From the NCBI GenBank assembly GCA_963836235.1, contig CAWIIP010000004.1:864001-928000 (forward strand): DNA of 64,000 nt, written 5' to 3'. The translations under genes and the position numbers were made by a program. Below, one piece after another: positions 1-9,757 of this stretch (its first letter is position 1; every line of letters starts with the position of its first letter). This DNA comes from an uncultured Pseudomonadota bacterium (GTDB taxonomy: Bacteria > Oederibacteriota > Muellerivitia > Muellerivitales > Muellerivitaceae). The notes under the pieces are model-generated. The model was not told where the DNA came from. It was given only the letters and a program-made list of their open reading frames with translations, and did no database searches.

Positions 1-1
1 G

Positions 2-289
2 GCGGACACCGACTACCACAACCGTTATTATTTTTACGGAACCAAAGGCACGCTTTCCATCAACCTGGCCAAGGGGGACCCGATTACGATTGAGTACCGG
101 AACCAGGAAGGAAAGGTTTTTCCGTCTTTGGATAAGGGAAGCTTCTCTCCCAGTATTTATGAGCATTTCATTGATTGCATCCAGAAGGGTAAAACACCTT
201 GGGTTTCGGGGGAAGAAGGATTAAGAACCGTCGAGTTGATTGAAGCCGGCTATCGATTGATCCGCCATCCCGCCGTACCTGTCATTTGA
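2..289 (+). CDS. Gfo/Idh/MocA-family oxidoreductase, C-terminal fragment (5' truncated by window edge)
   Basis: Frame 2 open from window start to TGA 287-289; translation ...FYGTKGTLSI...IYEHFIDCIQKGKTPWVSGEEGLRTVELIEAGY matches the typical Gfo/Idh/MocA C-terminus. Confidence 0.7.
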   Translation, partial: ADTDYHNRYYFYGTKGTLSINLAKGDPITIEYRNQEGKVFPSLDKGSFSPSIYEHFIDCIQKGKTPWVSGEEGLRTVELIEAGYRLIRHPAVPVI

Positions 290-1662
290 TGCGGGAGAGG
301 CAAAGATTTCTCCCTCCAATTTCATTGAAAATACTGATTTGCATGGTTTGCAGCTTCCTTTGGACAGGCCCCGGCCTGTTATGGGGACAGGCTACAAACC
401 TTTCTCCCGATGTTCTGGCGAACCAAAAAGACCAAGCGGATATCCTGCGGGAAGCCGACGACATATTCGCCGAGGTTTCCCGATTGTCCGGATTACCCAT
501 TAAGTACCCCGTCCAGAAAAAGTTTGGGGACCAAGCCTTTTTCCGCAATTACTACCTTCAATCGCTCCAGGAACAATACCCGCCCGAGAAGCAAAAGGCT
601 TTTGAGAAAGCCTTCACTTTTTTTGGGTTTTTACCGCCTGGCGCCGACCTGATCCAGACCTACCTGGATTCCTTCATGAAGGTCGTGGAGGGCCTTTACG
701 ATCCTAAGACACAAACGCTCTATATCGCCGATTGGATCAAGTCCGGGGACCAGGAAGGGACCCTGGCCCATGAGCTGACCCATGCCCTCCAAGACCAGTC
801 TTTTGGCCTGGAACCCTATTTGGAAGAGGGCGAGAAACTTTCGATGGACGCCCAATTCGCCAGGTCCGCGGTGATGGAGGGGCAAGCCGTGGCCATCGCC
901 TTGAACTATTCTTTGGAAGACCGAAACACGGATTTCACGAAGGTCGCGAATATCGCGAATTGGGTTGAGCTCAATAATTTGCTGTCGGCCAGCGGGAAAA
1001 AAGCTTTTGGAGTGAAAGTCGGGTTGAACCAGGTCATCAGCTTTCCCTATGTTTACGGCGCGACCTTTTTGCAAAGCTACATCAAGGCCTATGGATGGCC
1101 TGGAATGGCTTATTTGTTCCAGCATCCGCCCACCTCGACCCACCAGATACTTCATCCGGGGGAGTTTTTTCCACGCCGTCGAAACCCGGTGGGCGTCCGG
1201 ATTGAGGACATGTCCTCCAATGTACTGGCGGAGTTTCATATGGTTTGGGAAAACACTTTTGGAGAGTATGGTTTGGCGACCCTGCTTCAGGAATATATGC
1301 CTGAAAAAGAAGCGCTATACGCAGTTCGCGGCTGGCGGGGGGATTCGGTGCAAATCTATGAAAACAATAATACCCACGGCCTGCTGATGGCGGGTTATGT
1401 GATATTCGACGGCGAGGAATCGGCCGATGATTTTTTTAAGAGCTACCAGAGCTTGTTGAACCAAAAATATGATGTCGATGTTTTTCGACGGTCCGACGAC
1501 ACGATTTATTGGGTTTCGTTGAAAGGCGGCGATAGGGAAGTCTACGTGGAACGGTTTGGACGGCGGGTGGTGATGGTCGAGGGCGGGAACTCCTGGCTGA
1601 CTCCCCGCGTGCGGGGCGCGCTTTGGGATGTTAAAGCGATCAAGGCGGGGAAGGGGCGTTGA
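286..1662 (+). CDS. Exported HExxH (zincin-like) putative metalloprotease / surface protein
   Basis: 458 aa, N-terminal signal-like segment; GLYDP...LAHELTHALQDQSF, AVMEGQA, FPYVYGATF, PPTSTHQILHP and GWRGD motifs. Confidence 0.65.
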   Translation: MMRERQRFLPPISLKILICMVCSFLWTGPGLLWGQATNLSPDVLANQKDQADILREADDIFAEVSRLSGLPIKYPVQKKFGDQAFFRNYYLQSLQEQYPPEKQKAFEKAFTFFGFLPPGADLIQTYLDSFMKVVEGLYDPKTQTLYIADWIKSGDQEGTLAHELTHALQDQSFGLEPYLEEGEKLSMDAQFARSAVMEGQAVAIALNYSLEDRNTDFTKVANIANWVELNNLLSASGKKAFGVKVGLNQVISFPYVYGATFLQSYIKAYGWPGMAYLFQHPPTSTHQILHPGEFFPRRRNPVGVRIEDMSSNVLAEFHMVWENTFGEYGLATLLQEYMPEKEALYAVRGWRGDSVQIYENNNTHGLLMAGYVIFDGEESADDFFKSYQSLLNQKYDVDVFRRSDDTIYWVSLKGGDREVYVERFGRRVVMVEGGNSWLTPRVRGALWDVKAIKAGKGR

Positions 1663-1745
1663 AAAGGGGTTTGGCGCGGGAATTGGACGCGGCGGTAACC
1701 GAATTTTGTGTCAGCCTTTCATTCAAATCGCCCCAAGGTCGTCCC

Positions 1746-1774
1746 TTGACACTCGTTGGGGGGGTACCTAAACT
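1746..1774 (+). promoter_or_regulatory. sigma70-type promoter upstream of trxA
   Basis: TTGACA (1746-1751), 17 nt spacer, TAAACT (1769-1774). Confidence 0.6.
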
Positions 1775-1859
1775 TACCGAAGAGTTAAAGATTCCTGTGA
1801 ATGTAACCTTTTTCTTCTGAAACGATTACTTCTATACATAACATAATACGGAGGGTGCC

Positions 1860-2189
1860 ATGGGTACAGCGCTTCATACGACGGACGCGGACTTTAAAAA
1901 GGATGTTTTGGACTCCAAAGTCCCGGTTTTGGTGGATTTTTGGGCCGAGTGGTGCGGCCCCTGCCGGATGGTGGCCCCGGTTTTGGAAGAGTTGGCCAAG
2001 GAATACGATGGGAAGATCAAAATTACTAAAGTGAACGTGGACGAAAACCAACAGGTTTCCATGGATTTCCACATCCGCAGTATTCCCACCCTTCTTTTCT
2101 TCAAGGATGGGCAAATGGTGAAACAGCTGATCGGCGCCCATCCCAAAACCAAGCTGGTGACTGAAATTCAGGAAGTGATCGGAAGCTGA
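1860..2189 (+). CDS. trxA: Thioredoxin (cytoplasmic)
   Basis: [18 protein letters not shown], cis-Pro motif SIPTLL; GGAGG RBS. Confidence 0.95.
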   Translation: MGTALHTTDADFKKDVLDSKVPVLVDFWAEWCGPCRMVAPVLEELAKEYDGKIKITKVNVDENQQVSMDFHIRSIPTLLFFKDGQMVKQLIGAHPKTKLVTEIQEVIGS

Positions 2190-2190
2190 G

Positions 2191-2628
2191 TTGAATTCAC
2201 GAAGGGTTCCCGCCTTTTATTTTACCGTTTGTTTCCTTCTTTTTTTATTTGCCACTGGCGGATGGGGGACCAAGCTTCAAGCCGATGAGACGACGAAATC
2301 CGGGGCCGCCGTTGTCACGGATTCGAATTTTGACCGGAACGTATTAAAGGCCCCCACACCCGTGTTGGTGGATTTTTGGGCCAGCTGGTGCTCTACTTGT
2401 TGCGCCCTTTCCCCGACGATTGAAAAAATCGCGACTGGCTATGGGGATAAATTAAAGTTCGCCAAGTTTGACGTGGCCGATAATCCGGTGTTCCCCCATA
2501 AGTTTGGAATCGATATGTTGCCCACGCTCCTGGTTTTTAACCACGGGAAAGTGGTCAAACGCTGGGTGGGGACGATATCCGAGGCCGGGTTAAAAAGCGG
2601 AATCGAGCGGGTATTAAAGTCGAATTGA
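2191..2628 (+). CDS. Exported thioredoxin-like protein with atypical WCSTCC site
   Basis: Hydrophobic N-terminal signal segment; VLVDFWASWCSTCCAL; MLPTLL. Confidence 0.85.
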   Translation: MNSRRVPAFYFTVCFLLFLFATGGWGTKLQADETTKSGAAVVTDSNFDRNVLKAPTPVLVDFWASWCSTCCALSPTIEKIATGYGDKLKFAKFDVADNPVFPHKFGIDMLPTLLVFNHGKVVKRWVGTISEAGLKSGIERVLKSN

Positions 2629-2635
2629 GGGCCCT

Positions 2636-3076
2636 TTGAAAAAGTTTTCCCGTGTTCTTTTATTTCCGGCGGCTTTGTCGTTATTTCTGGTTTCCGGCGC
2701 TTGCGCGAATAAGAGCCCCGAAACGGACGTGTTGGTTGTGACGGATTCCTCCTTTCAAAAAGAAGTTCTTGGTTCGGACGTTCCTGTTTTGGTCGACTTT
2801 TGGGCCACTTGGTGCGGACCTTGCCGTATGTTCGGCCCCATCGTTGATCAAGTAGCGGCGGATTACAAAGGCCGGTTGAAGGTCGTTCGGGTTGATGTGG
2901 ACCAAAACCCAGGGCTTTCCCGGGCGTTTAAAATTAACGCCATCCCCAATGCGATTCTTTTCCAAAAAGGCAACGCTGTCATGAACTGGGTCGGTTTAGT
3001 TTCCGAAGACGATTTGAGAGTCGGAATCGAAAAAGTAGTTCTGCCAGTCGGAAATTCCCCGGCTTTAAAGTCTTAG
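2636..3076 (+). CDS. Lipoprotein thioredoxin
   Basis: MKK...FLVSGAC lipobox-like signal; VLVDFWATWCGPCRMF. Confidence 0.85.
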   Translation: MKKFSRVLLFPAALSLFLVSGACANKSPETDVLVVTDSSFQKEVLGSDVPVLVDFWATWCGPCRMFGPIVDQVAADYKGRLKVVRVDVDQNPGLSRAFKINAIPNAILFQKGNAVMNWVGLVSEDDLRVGIEKVVLPVGNSPALKS

Positions 3077-3172
3077 TGGACCTGAACTAGAAAATTTTTC
3101 CCCGGTAAAGCGCTAAATCCTAAAACCAACAGGCTTTCCCATCTCCAGGCGGGGTTTTGGCCTAGTAATGCA

Positions 3173-3202
3173 TTGACAGTTTTTCGAACTTTTCCTTATA
3201 CT
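3173..3202 (+). promoter_or_regulatory. sigma70-type promoter upstream of secD
   Basis: TTGACA (3173-3178), 18 nt spacer, TATACT (3197-3202). Confidence 0.6.
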
Positions 3203-3284
3203 GCCACGGTTTTGACCCCTCTTTAGTTGGGAAACCAGCATGCCGTTGGTGTGGGTCCCATAACTGTTCATGGAAAGGCTTTAA

Positions 3285-4646
3285 GTGAGCTTTCGAACTT
3301 GGATGAGCATTGTTGTCATTGTCATGGCTGGCGCCTGCGTTTATGGAGTTTTCCTTAACATTTCCAAGGACGACCAAGACGCCTGGTTGAAGAACCATAA
3401 AGAGAAAAAAATTACCGCCCTCAAACTGGGCTTGGATATCCAGGGCGGCCTCCAGATGAACCTGGAAGTCGACCGGGATAAGATGCAGGGAAAGAGCGAA
3501 CAGGAAATCTCCGACGCGGCGGATAGGGCCATGGAAATCCTCCGTAATCGCATCGATGGTTTGGGCGTGACCGAGCCCGTGTTGGAAAGGGAAGGGACGG
3601 GCGGGATTGTTATCCAATTGCCGGGCCTTACCGACACCAAAAGGGCGCGAGACGTTATCTTATCCACCGCCCAGCTTCAATTTCGCTTGGTTTCTGAGAT
3701 CCCCATTTCTCAATATATTAATCAAAAAGACGGCACTGTTGACGTGAGCAAACTTCCAGAAGGCATCACCTATCTACCTGGCAAGGATGAGGAAAAGTAT
3801 CTCTGTGAAAAGGTCTTACTGACGGGTGAATCCTTAGTGGATGCCCACGTGGAAACGGACATGACCACGGGCAGCCCCCACATCGCCTTCAAACTCAACG
3901 ACGAAGGCGGAAAGCAGTTTGGAATTATCACCGGAGACAATGTTCAACGCCGGTTGGCGATTGTCCTGGACGACCGGGTTTATTCAGCGCCGACGATCCA
4001 AAGCCGTATACCAGGCGGGTCGGGTATTATCACAGGGCATTTTTCCGATGAAGAAGCCGCGGATTTGGCCCTGGTTTTGAAAGCGGGCGCGTTACCTGCC
4101 CCCTTAAAAGTGACCAGTCAGTTCATTGTGGGCCCGACTTTGGGCGCCGATTCCGTAAAAAAAGGAACGATGGCCGCCCTTTACGGCCTCTTGCTCGTCC
4201 TCTTATTTATGGGCATTTATTACCGTTGGTCGGGATGGATCGCCAACGCGGGTTTGATCATGAACATGATTTACCTGATGGGCCTACTGGCTTACCTTAA
4301 AGTGACGATCACCCTCCCAGGTATCGCGGGTATTATCCTCACCTTGGGATTATCGGTGGACTCAAACGTCCTAATTTTCGAGCGAATCCGTGAGGAATTG
4401 CGGGGCGGAAAAACGATCCAGGCCGCCATCGATGCCGGTTATAAACGAGCCTTGCAGGCCATTATCGACACGCATGTTACCACATTGATTTCGGCCATTT
4501 TCTTGTTCCAATTTGGAACAGGCCCTATCAAGGGTTTCGCCGTCAACCTGAGTTTGGGTGTGGCTTTGAGCCTCTTTACCGCCGTGGTCATCACCAAGAT
4601 GATATTTGACGTTCGAAAAGAAAACCGCCAAAGCCTGAGTATTTAA
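3285..4646 (+). CDS. secD: Protein translocase subunit SecD
   Basis: LKLGLDIQGG, RNRIDGLGVTEP, VGPTLG, VDSNVLIFERIREE, GTGPIKGFA. Confidence 0.97.
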   Translation: MSFRTWMSIVVIVMAGACVYGVFLNISKDDQDAWLKNHKEKKITALKLGLDIQGGLQMNLEVDRDKMQGKSEQEISDAADRAMEILRNRIDGLGVTEPVLEREGTGGIVIQLPGLTDTKRARDVILSTAQLQFRLVSEIPISQYINQKDGTVDVSKLPEGITYLPGKDEEKYLCEKVLLTGESLVDAHVETDMTTGSPHIAFKLNDEGGKQFGIITGDNVQRRLAIVLDDRVYSAPTIQSRIPGGSGIITGHFSDEEAADLALVLKAGALPAPLKVTSQFIVGPTLGADSVKKGTMAALYGLLLVLLFMGIYYRWSGWIANAGLIMNMIYLMGLLAYLKVTITLPGIAGIILTLGLSVDSNVLIFERIREELRGGKTIQAAIDAGYKRALQAIIDTHVTTLISAIFLFQFGTGPIKGFAVNLSLGVALSLFTAVVITKMIFDVRKENRQSLSI

Positions 4647-4659
4647 AGAAAGGTTTCCC

Positions 4660-5613
4660 ATGTTCCAATGGTTCAATGAGCCGAAAATCGACTTTATGGC
4701 TCCGCGCCGGTTTTTCCTGGGTCTCTCCACCTTGGGATGCCTTGCGGGTCTTTACGCCTGCGTGTTGTTGTGGCAGGGAAAGGCGAATTTAGGTACAGAT
4801 TTTGGCGCCGGAGTTTTATTGCGCATGTCTTCGCAAAACAATGTCGAAGTCGATCAAATCCGCCAGTCGCTTAAATCCGATGGATATCCCGAGGCCCAAA
4901 TTCAGCAGGTCAAGGACGATAGTTCCAAGGGATTCAAGTTGATCATCAAGATCAAATATGATCCGGGAAAGGTTGTGGGGAGTATTGGGGATGATGTTTT
5001 GGGTGTTTTTAATAAAAATTTCCCTGATGCCAAGTTTTCCCTGGATGGAAGCGACGAAGTGGGCCCGGCGGTATCCCAAAAGCTCCGGGATGACGCTTTT
5101 AAAGCTTTCTTTTTATCGATGATGGGCATCCTGGTCTACATCGTCTGGCGCTTCAAGAAATTTGAGTTCGGCGTGTCGGCGGTGATAACTACTGTTCATG
5201 ATATTTTGGTGATCCTAGGGATCATTGTGTTGACCAAAAGGGAGTTTAATCTTTTGCAGGTGACCGCCCTCCTGACCCTGGCGGGTTATTCCTTGAACGA
5301 CACGGTTGTTACCTTCGACCGTATTAGGGAGAACATGAAGTTTTTGGTCAAGGACCGGTCATTTATGGCCCTGGTGAATTTGAGCGTGAATGAAACCTTA
5401 AGCCGGACGATCAATACCAGCAGCACGGTTTTCCTGACCCTATTGCCCCTCTGCATTATGGGCGGGGATGTTTTGAAGGATTTCGCCCTGACCCTTCTTT
5501 TGGGCATCGTCGTGGGGACCTATTCCTCCATCTTTGTCGCCAGCCCCATTCTGGTGGAGTGGGACCTGCTTTCAAAGCCCAAGGCTCCCCAAGCCCAGGC
5601 TGTTTTGAAGTAA
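4660..5613 (+). CDS. secF: Protein translocase subunit SecF
   Basis: LGTDFGAG, VGPAVS, HDILV, GYSLNDTVVTFDRIREN, GTYSSIFVA. Confidence 0.97.
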   Translation: MFQWFNEPKIDFMAPRRFFLGLSTLGCLAGLYACVLLWQGKANLGTDFGAGVLLRMSSQNNVEVDQIRQSLKSDGYPEAQIQQVKDDSSKGFKLIIKIKYDPGKVVGSIGDDVLGVFNKNFPDAKFSLDGSDEVGPAVSQKLRDDAFKAFFLSMMGILVYIVWRFKKFEFGVSAVITTVHDILVILGIIVLTKREFNLLQVTALLTLAGYSLNDTVVTFDRIRENMKFLVKDRSFMALVNLSVNETLSRTINTSSTVFLTLLPLCIMGGDVLKDFALTLLLGIVVGTYSSIFVASPILVEWDLLSKPKAPQAQAVLK

Positions 5614-5663
5614 AGGCTTCTCAATCTTTTCATTGACCACTGGATTTTCAAAAGGACGGGCAG

Positions 5664-6350
5664 TTGTCGATGAGCCTTCGAGAAAGAATCCAGGAAATCC
5701 AAAAGCGAACCGCGGATGCCGCCGCCCGTTCCCGCCGACGGCCTGAGGAAATCACGCTATTAGCCGTGACCAAGACCTTTCCCGTCAAAACCATCCAGGA
5801 AGCTTATGATTTGGGCCTGCGTGATTTTGGGGAAAACCGGATTCAGGAAGCTCTCCCCAAGATCGCCGAACTTCCCGCCAACATCCGATGGCACCTGATC
5901 GGCCAGCTTCAAACGAATAAAATCAACAAAGCCATCGGGAAATTTGTATTAATTCATTCGATGGATTCCCTTCGGCTTTTCGAGGCTTTTTCGGCCCGAT
6001 TGGGTGGAGCTTCCCAAGATATTCTTCTGGAAGTCAATACTTCCGGAGAAGAAAGCAAAGCGGGAGTTGAACCTGATTCAACATGGGAGACAGTTGAAAA
6101 AATATTGAAGTTGCCCGGATTGAAATTGAAAGGGCTCATGACGGTAGGCCCCTTAACCGATAACCTTCAAAAACGCCGGGATGCCTTTAAAAAACTAAAA
6201 GAACTGTTTGGGTTCATAAAAGGAAAAGGGATTGTGGGGGCCGATTTTTCAATCCTTTCGATGGGTATGAGCGGTGATTTTGAAATTGCCATCGAAGAAG
6301 GGTCAACCCTGGTACGAGTGGGCTCCGCCCTGTTCGGATCAAGGCAATAA
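5664..6350 (+). CDS. yggS: PLP homeostasis protein, YggS family
   Basis: LLAVTKT, FGENRIQE, WHLIGQLQTNK, LSMGMSGD, VRVGSALFG; start may be ATG 5670. Confidence 0.95.
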   Translation: MSMSLRERIQEIQKRTADAAARSRRRPEEITLLAVTKTFPVKTIQEAYDLGLRDFGENRIQEALPKIAELPANIRWHLIGQLQTNKINKAIGKFVLIHSMDSLRLFEAFSARLGGASQDILLEVNTSGEESKAGVEPDSTWETVEKILKLPGLKLKGLMTVGPLTDNLQKRRDAFKKLKELFGFIKGKGIVGADFSILSMGMSGDFEIAIEEGSTLVRVGSALFGSRQ

Positions 6351-6410
6351 AAGGTTTTGAAAAACCTTTCCGGCAATTAGAATGAATAAAGCTATCGGGA
6401 AAGGATCGTT

Positions 6411-7232
6411 ATGAAGATTGGCCAAAAAACAGTAGTGTTTGGCATGGGGGCTATGGGAAGCGCATTGGTAAAGGGTTGGATTTCCTCGAAAATGTTGAAG
6501 CCCGCGCTCATTACGGCCGTGGATGTGGACCAGGCCAAATGCAAGAAAATGGCCGCCCAATTCAAAATTAAAGCGGGCCCAGACCCTGTCAAAGCATTAA
6601 AAGACGCGGGTCTTGTACTTTTGGCGGTAAAGCCCCAACAAATGAAGGAACTTTTGGCCCAAACTGGGAAAGAGTTTCCCAAAAGTGCTTTGGTGGTTTC
6701 CATCGCGGCGGGCGTCTCGACGGAGCAGATTGAGCAGGGCCTTCCCCAAGGCTGCCCGGTTGTCAGGGTTATGCCCAACACCCCCGCTCTTTTGGGCTCG
6801 GGTATGGCGGCGGTGGCGGGGGGTAAAAGAGCCAAACCAGCCCATGTTAAATTGGTTTTAAACCTTTTTTCAGCTGTTGGCCAAGCGGTCCAAGTCGACG
6901 AAAATCAAATGGATTTGGTGACCGCGGTTTCGGGTAGCGGACCAGCTTACATTTTTCACATGGTCGAGGCCATGACGGAAGCGGGAGTTAAGGGAGGATT
7001 GTCCAAAGAGGTCGCCCATCAATTGGTGGCTCAGACGGTTTATGGCGCGGCCCGGATGGTTTTGGAAACGGGAAAAACCCCGGAGGAACTGCGGATTCAG
7101 GTGACTTCGCCCGGCGGAACTACCCAGGCCGCCTTAACCAAAATGGCGGAAAAGGGATTTCGTGAAACGATTCATGCGGCGATTGAAGCGGCAACCCAGC
7201 GGGGCGCTGAATTAAGGCGGATTTCTAATTAA
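6411..7232 (+). CDS. proC: Pyrroline-5-carboxylate reductase
   Basis: GMGAMG, LAVKPQ, RVMPNTP, SGSGPAY, VTSPGGTT. Confidence 0.97.
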   Translation: MKIGQKTVVFGMGAMGSALVKGWISSKMLKPALITAVDVDQAKCKKMAAQFKIKAGPDPVKALKDAGLVLLAVKPQQMKELLAQTGKEFPKSALVVSIAAGVSTEQIEQGLPQGCPVVRVMPNTPALLGSGMAAVAGGKRAKPAHVKLVLNLFSAVGQAVQVDENQMDLVTAVSGSGPAYIFHMVEAMTEAGVKGGLSKEVAHQLVAQTVYGAARMVLETGKTPEELRIQVTSPGGTTQAALTKMAEKGFRETIHAAIEAATQRGAELRRISN

Positions 7233-7250
7233 ATATGAAGATGGGATAGA

Positions 7251-7544
7251 ATGGCATACCTTATCGCGGATTTGGCTTACTTTTTGGCGATCCTTTGCAA
7301 TCTCGGAACTTTTTTGCTGATGTTGGAGTGGCTGGTCCATTTACTCCCGGGTGCCGGGCTCAATCCGATCCGACGGGGATTATTTCGGGCTTCGTTTCCT
7401 TTCCTACAATGGTGTGACCGTTACTTTGCTGTTAAATGGGGCTCTTTTAATTCAAGGGGCCTTCTTTTGGCCTTTCTGTTTTTCGTCCTTGGCCGTTATG
7501 GGGTTCCTTGTTTGATACTCTTTAGCTTTTCCTTCCGTAATTAA
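7251..7544 (+). CDS. YggT-like membrane protein (divergent)
   Basis: 97 aa hydrophobic protein with W...NP motif, located in the yggS-proC-yggT-yggU cluster. Confidence 0.55.
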   Translation: MAYLIADLAYFLAILCNLGTFLLMLEWLVHLLPGAGLNPIRRGLFRASFPFLQWCDRYFAVKWGSFNSRGLLLAFLFFVLGRYGVPCLILFSFSFRN

Positions 7545-7549
7545 CAGCG

Positions 7550-7861
7550 TTGGATATTTTCAGATCGTTTATTCATGAGTCGAAGGAAGGTTGTACCCTT
7601 TCCCTTAAAGTGATTCCACGGTCTTCCAGGAATCAAGTTATCGGAATAGAGGAGGGAGCGTTAAAAATAAAATTGAAGGCTCCTCCAGTGGAGGGGGCCG
7701 CGAATGACGCGGTCGTGGAATTTTTGGCCGATTTATTTAAGAAGCCTAAAAAATCCGTAACTTTAATTTCGGGTCATCAATCCCGGAAGAAAATTGTCCG
7801 GATTTCGGGGTTGAGGGAATCGGAAATCCTTGAAGTTATAAAACAAGAAAAAAAGAGGTAG
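7550..7861 (+). CDS. yggU: DUF167 / YggU family protein
   Basis: VIPRSSR, APPVEGAAN, GHQSRKK. Confidence 0.9.
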   Translation: MDIFRSFIHESKEGCTLSLKVIPRSSRNQVIGIEEGALKIKLKAPPVEGAANDAVVEFLADLFKKPKKSVTLISGHQSRKKIVRISGLRESEILEVIKQEKKR

Positions 7862-7863
7862 CT

Positions 7864-8691
7864 ATGGCGGAATTGTTCGATCAAATCCAAGAGTCGGTTA
7901 AAGAGATAAGAAAAACAACGCAAGCGATCCCCAAAGTCGGAATTATTCTTGGGACGGGTTTGGGAGCTTTATCCCATGAAATTAAAGATCCGACAGTTAT
8001 TCCGTATGAAAAAATACCCCATTTCCCCTTATCGACCGTGGAATCCCATGCCGGACAACTTGTTTTCGGAAAACTTGGAAACACCCCGGTGGTGGCGATG
8101 AAGGGACGGTTCCATCGTTATGAGGGTTATACGCTTCAGCAGGTGACTTTTCCGGTAAGGGTGATGAAGGCTTTAGGCGTCCAATATTTGCTGGTTTCCA
8201 ACGCTTGCGGTGGAATGAACCGTGCCTATAACCCAGGGGATTTAATGATCATCGAAGATCACGTGAATCTGATGGGGGACAATCCCTTGATAGGTAAAAA
8301 TGATGACCGGCTGGGTCCCCGTTGGCCGGACATGATCGAGCCCTATTCAAAGGAATTGATCGCCTTGACCGAAAAAATCGCTTGGTATAAGAAGATTCCG
8401 GTTCGCAAAGGGGTTTATGTGGCGGTGTCGGGGCCCAATTTGGAAACCCGGGCGGAATACCGGTGGCTTTCCACTTTCGCGGACGTGGTAGGCATGTCCA
8501 CGGTTCCCGAAGTCATTGTGGCGGGGCACAGCGGTTTAAAGGTTTTGGGTATCTCGGTGGTGACGGATAAATGCGTGGCGGATATTCTTGAACCGGCGGA
8601 TATCCAAAAAATTATCCGACATGCCCAGGAAGCTGAGCCGAAATTGACCATTCTGATGAAGGAAGTCGCCGCTTCCTTGGAAACTAAATAA
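7864..8691 (+). CDS. punA: Purine-nucleoside phosphorylase (trimeric type)
   Basis: GIILGTGLG, STVESHAG, GRFHRYEGY, GPNLETRAE, VGMSTVPE. Confidence 0.93.
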   Translation: MAELFDQIQESVKEIRKTTQAIPKVGIILGTGLGALSHEIKDPTVIPYEKIPHFPLSTVESHAGQLVFGKLGNTPVVAMKGRFHRYEGYTLQQVTFPVRVMKALGVQYLLVSNACGGMNRAYNPGDLMIIEDHVNLMGDNPLIGKNDDRLGPRWPDMIEPYSKELIALTEKIAWYKKIPVRKGVYVAVSGPNLETRAEYRWLSTFADVVGMSTVPEVIVAGHSGLKVLGISVVTDKCVADILEPADIQKIIRHAQEAEPKLTILMKEVAASLETK

Positions 8692-8692
8692 T

Positions 8693-9757
8693 ATGCCCGA
8701 AAAATTAAGGCCCATTCGTTGGACGAAAGGCAGTCTTTACCTTTTGGAGCAAAGGGTTCTTCCTTTTAAAGAAAAGTGGGTGAAGTGCCAGACAGCTGAG
8801 CAGGTTGCCCGTGCTATCGAGGACATGACTGTTCGCGGGGCGCCCGCGATTGGAATAACCGCCGCATATGGAGTCGCGGTTGCGGGGATTCGTTCCAAAA
8901 CCACTAAACCGGTTCTCTTTAAACAAGAATTGGAAAAAGCCATAGCTCGGCTTCGCAAAACCAGGCCCACGGCCGTCAATCTTTTTTGGGCTTTAGATCG
9001 GATGAAAGGAAAGTTAGAACGGTTAAAAGGCCAGTCGGTTGAGATACAGAAAATAGAACTCGTGAAAGAAGCTCTCGCCGTCCACCGGGAAGATGAGGCC
9101 ATCTGCGACCGGTTGGGAAAGTATGGAGCTGTTCTACTGTCGGATTGTAAGAACGTTTTGACGCATTGCAACACCGGTGCCTTGGCGACTGGGGGGGATG
9201 GGACGGCCTTGGCGGCCATCACAACCGCGGCCCGAAAAAATCGGAAACTACATGTGTGGGTGGATGAAACCAGGCCTTATTTGCAAGGGGCCCGCTTGAC
9301 CGCCTTTGAGGTCGACCACGCGGGGATTCATTTTCACCTCATTACCGATAATATGTCGGCCTCTCTTATGAAAGATGGAAAGGTAGATGCCGTTATCGTG
9401 GGCGCGGATCGTATTGTCGCCAACGGTGATACCGCCAATAAGATTGGTACCTATGCTCTGGCGGTTCTCGCGAAGGCCCATCGGATTCCATTTTATGTTT
9501 CCGCGCCCACCACAACCCTGGATTTGACAAAAAAGACTGGCAAAGAAATCGTTATCGAGCAAAGGAATCCGAGGGAGGTGACTCATCCCCAAGGGCTTGC
9601 CATCTCCAAAGAAAGCTATCCTGTTTATAATCCCGCGTTCGATGTGACGCCGGGGAATCTCATTACCGCTATTGTCCTTGAGACAGGCATTTGCAGAGGT
9701 CCTTACAATCGATCCCTCAAGGCCGCTTTGGCCCAAAGTAAATCCACCCGTGAATAA
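8693..9757 (+). CDS. mtnA: S-methyl-5-thioribose-1-phosphate isomerase
   Basis: VRGAPAIG, RPTAVNL, LTHCNTGALA, ETRPYLQGARLT, GDTANKIGTY, NPAFDVTP. Confidence 0.96.
   Translation: MPEKLRPIRWTKGSLYLLEQRVLPFKEKWVKCQTAEQVARAIEDMTVRGAPAIGITAAYGVAVAGIRSKTTKPVLFKQELEKAIARLRKTRPTAVNLFWALDRMKGKLERLKGQSVEIQKIELVKEALAVHREDEAICDRLGKYGAVLLSDCKNVLTHCNTGALATGGDGTALAAITTAARKNRKLHVWVDETRPYLQGARLTAFEVDHAGIHFHLITDNMSASLMKDGKVDAVIVGADRIVANGDTANKIGTYALAVLAKAHRIPFYVSAPTTTLDLTKKTGKEIVIEQRNPREVTHPQGLAISKESYPVYNPAFDVTPGNLITAIVLETGICRGPYNRSLKAALAQSKSTRE

Noticed and set aside
631-1239. 202-aa minus-strand ORF, and similar antisense ORFs at 9248, 17382, 19952, 35718 and 58162
   Set aside because: All lie opposite well-supported + strand genes and have no family motifs.
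5664-8691. yggS-proC-yggT-yggU-PNP cluster lacking divIVA; secDF lacking yajC
   Set aside because: Widespread conserved cluster with ordinary gene-content variation.
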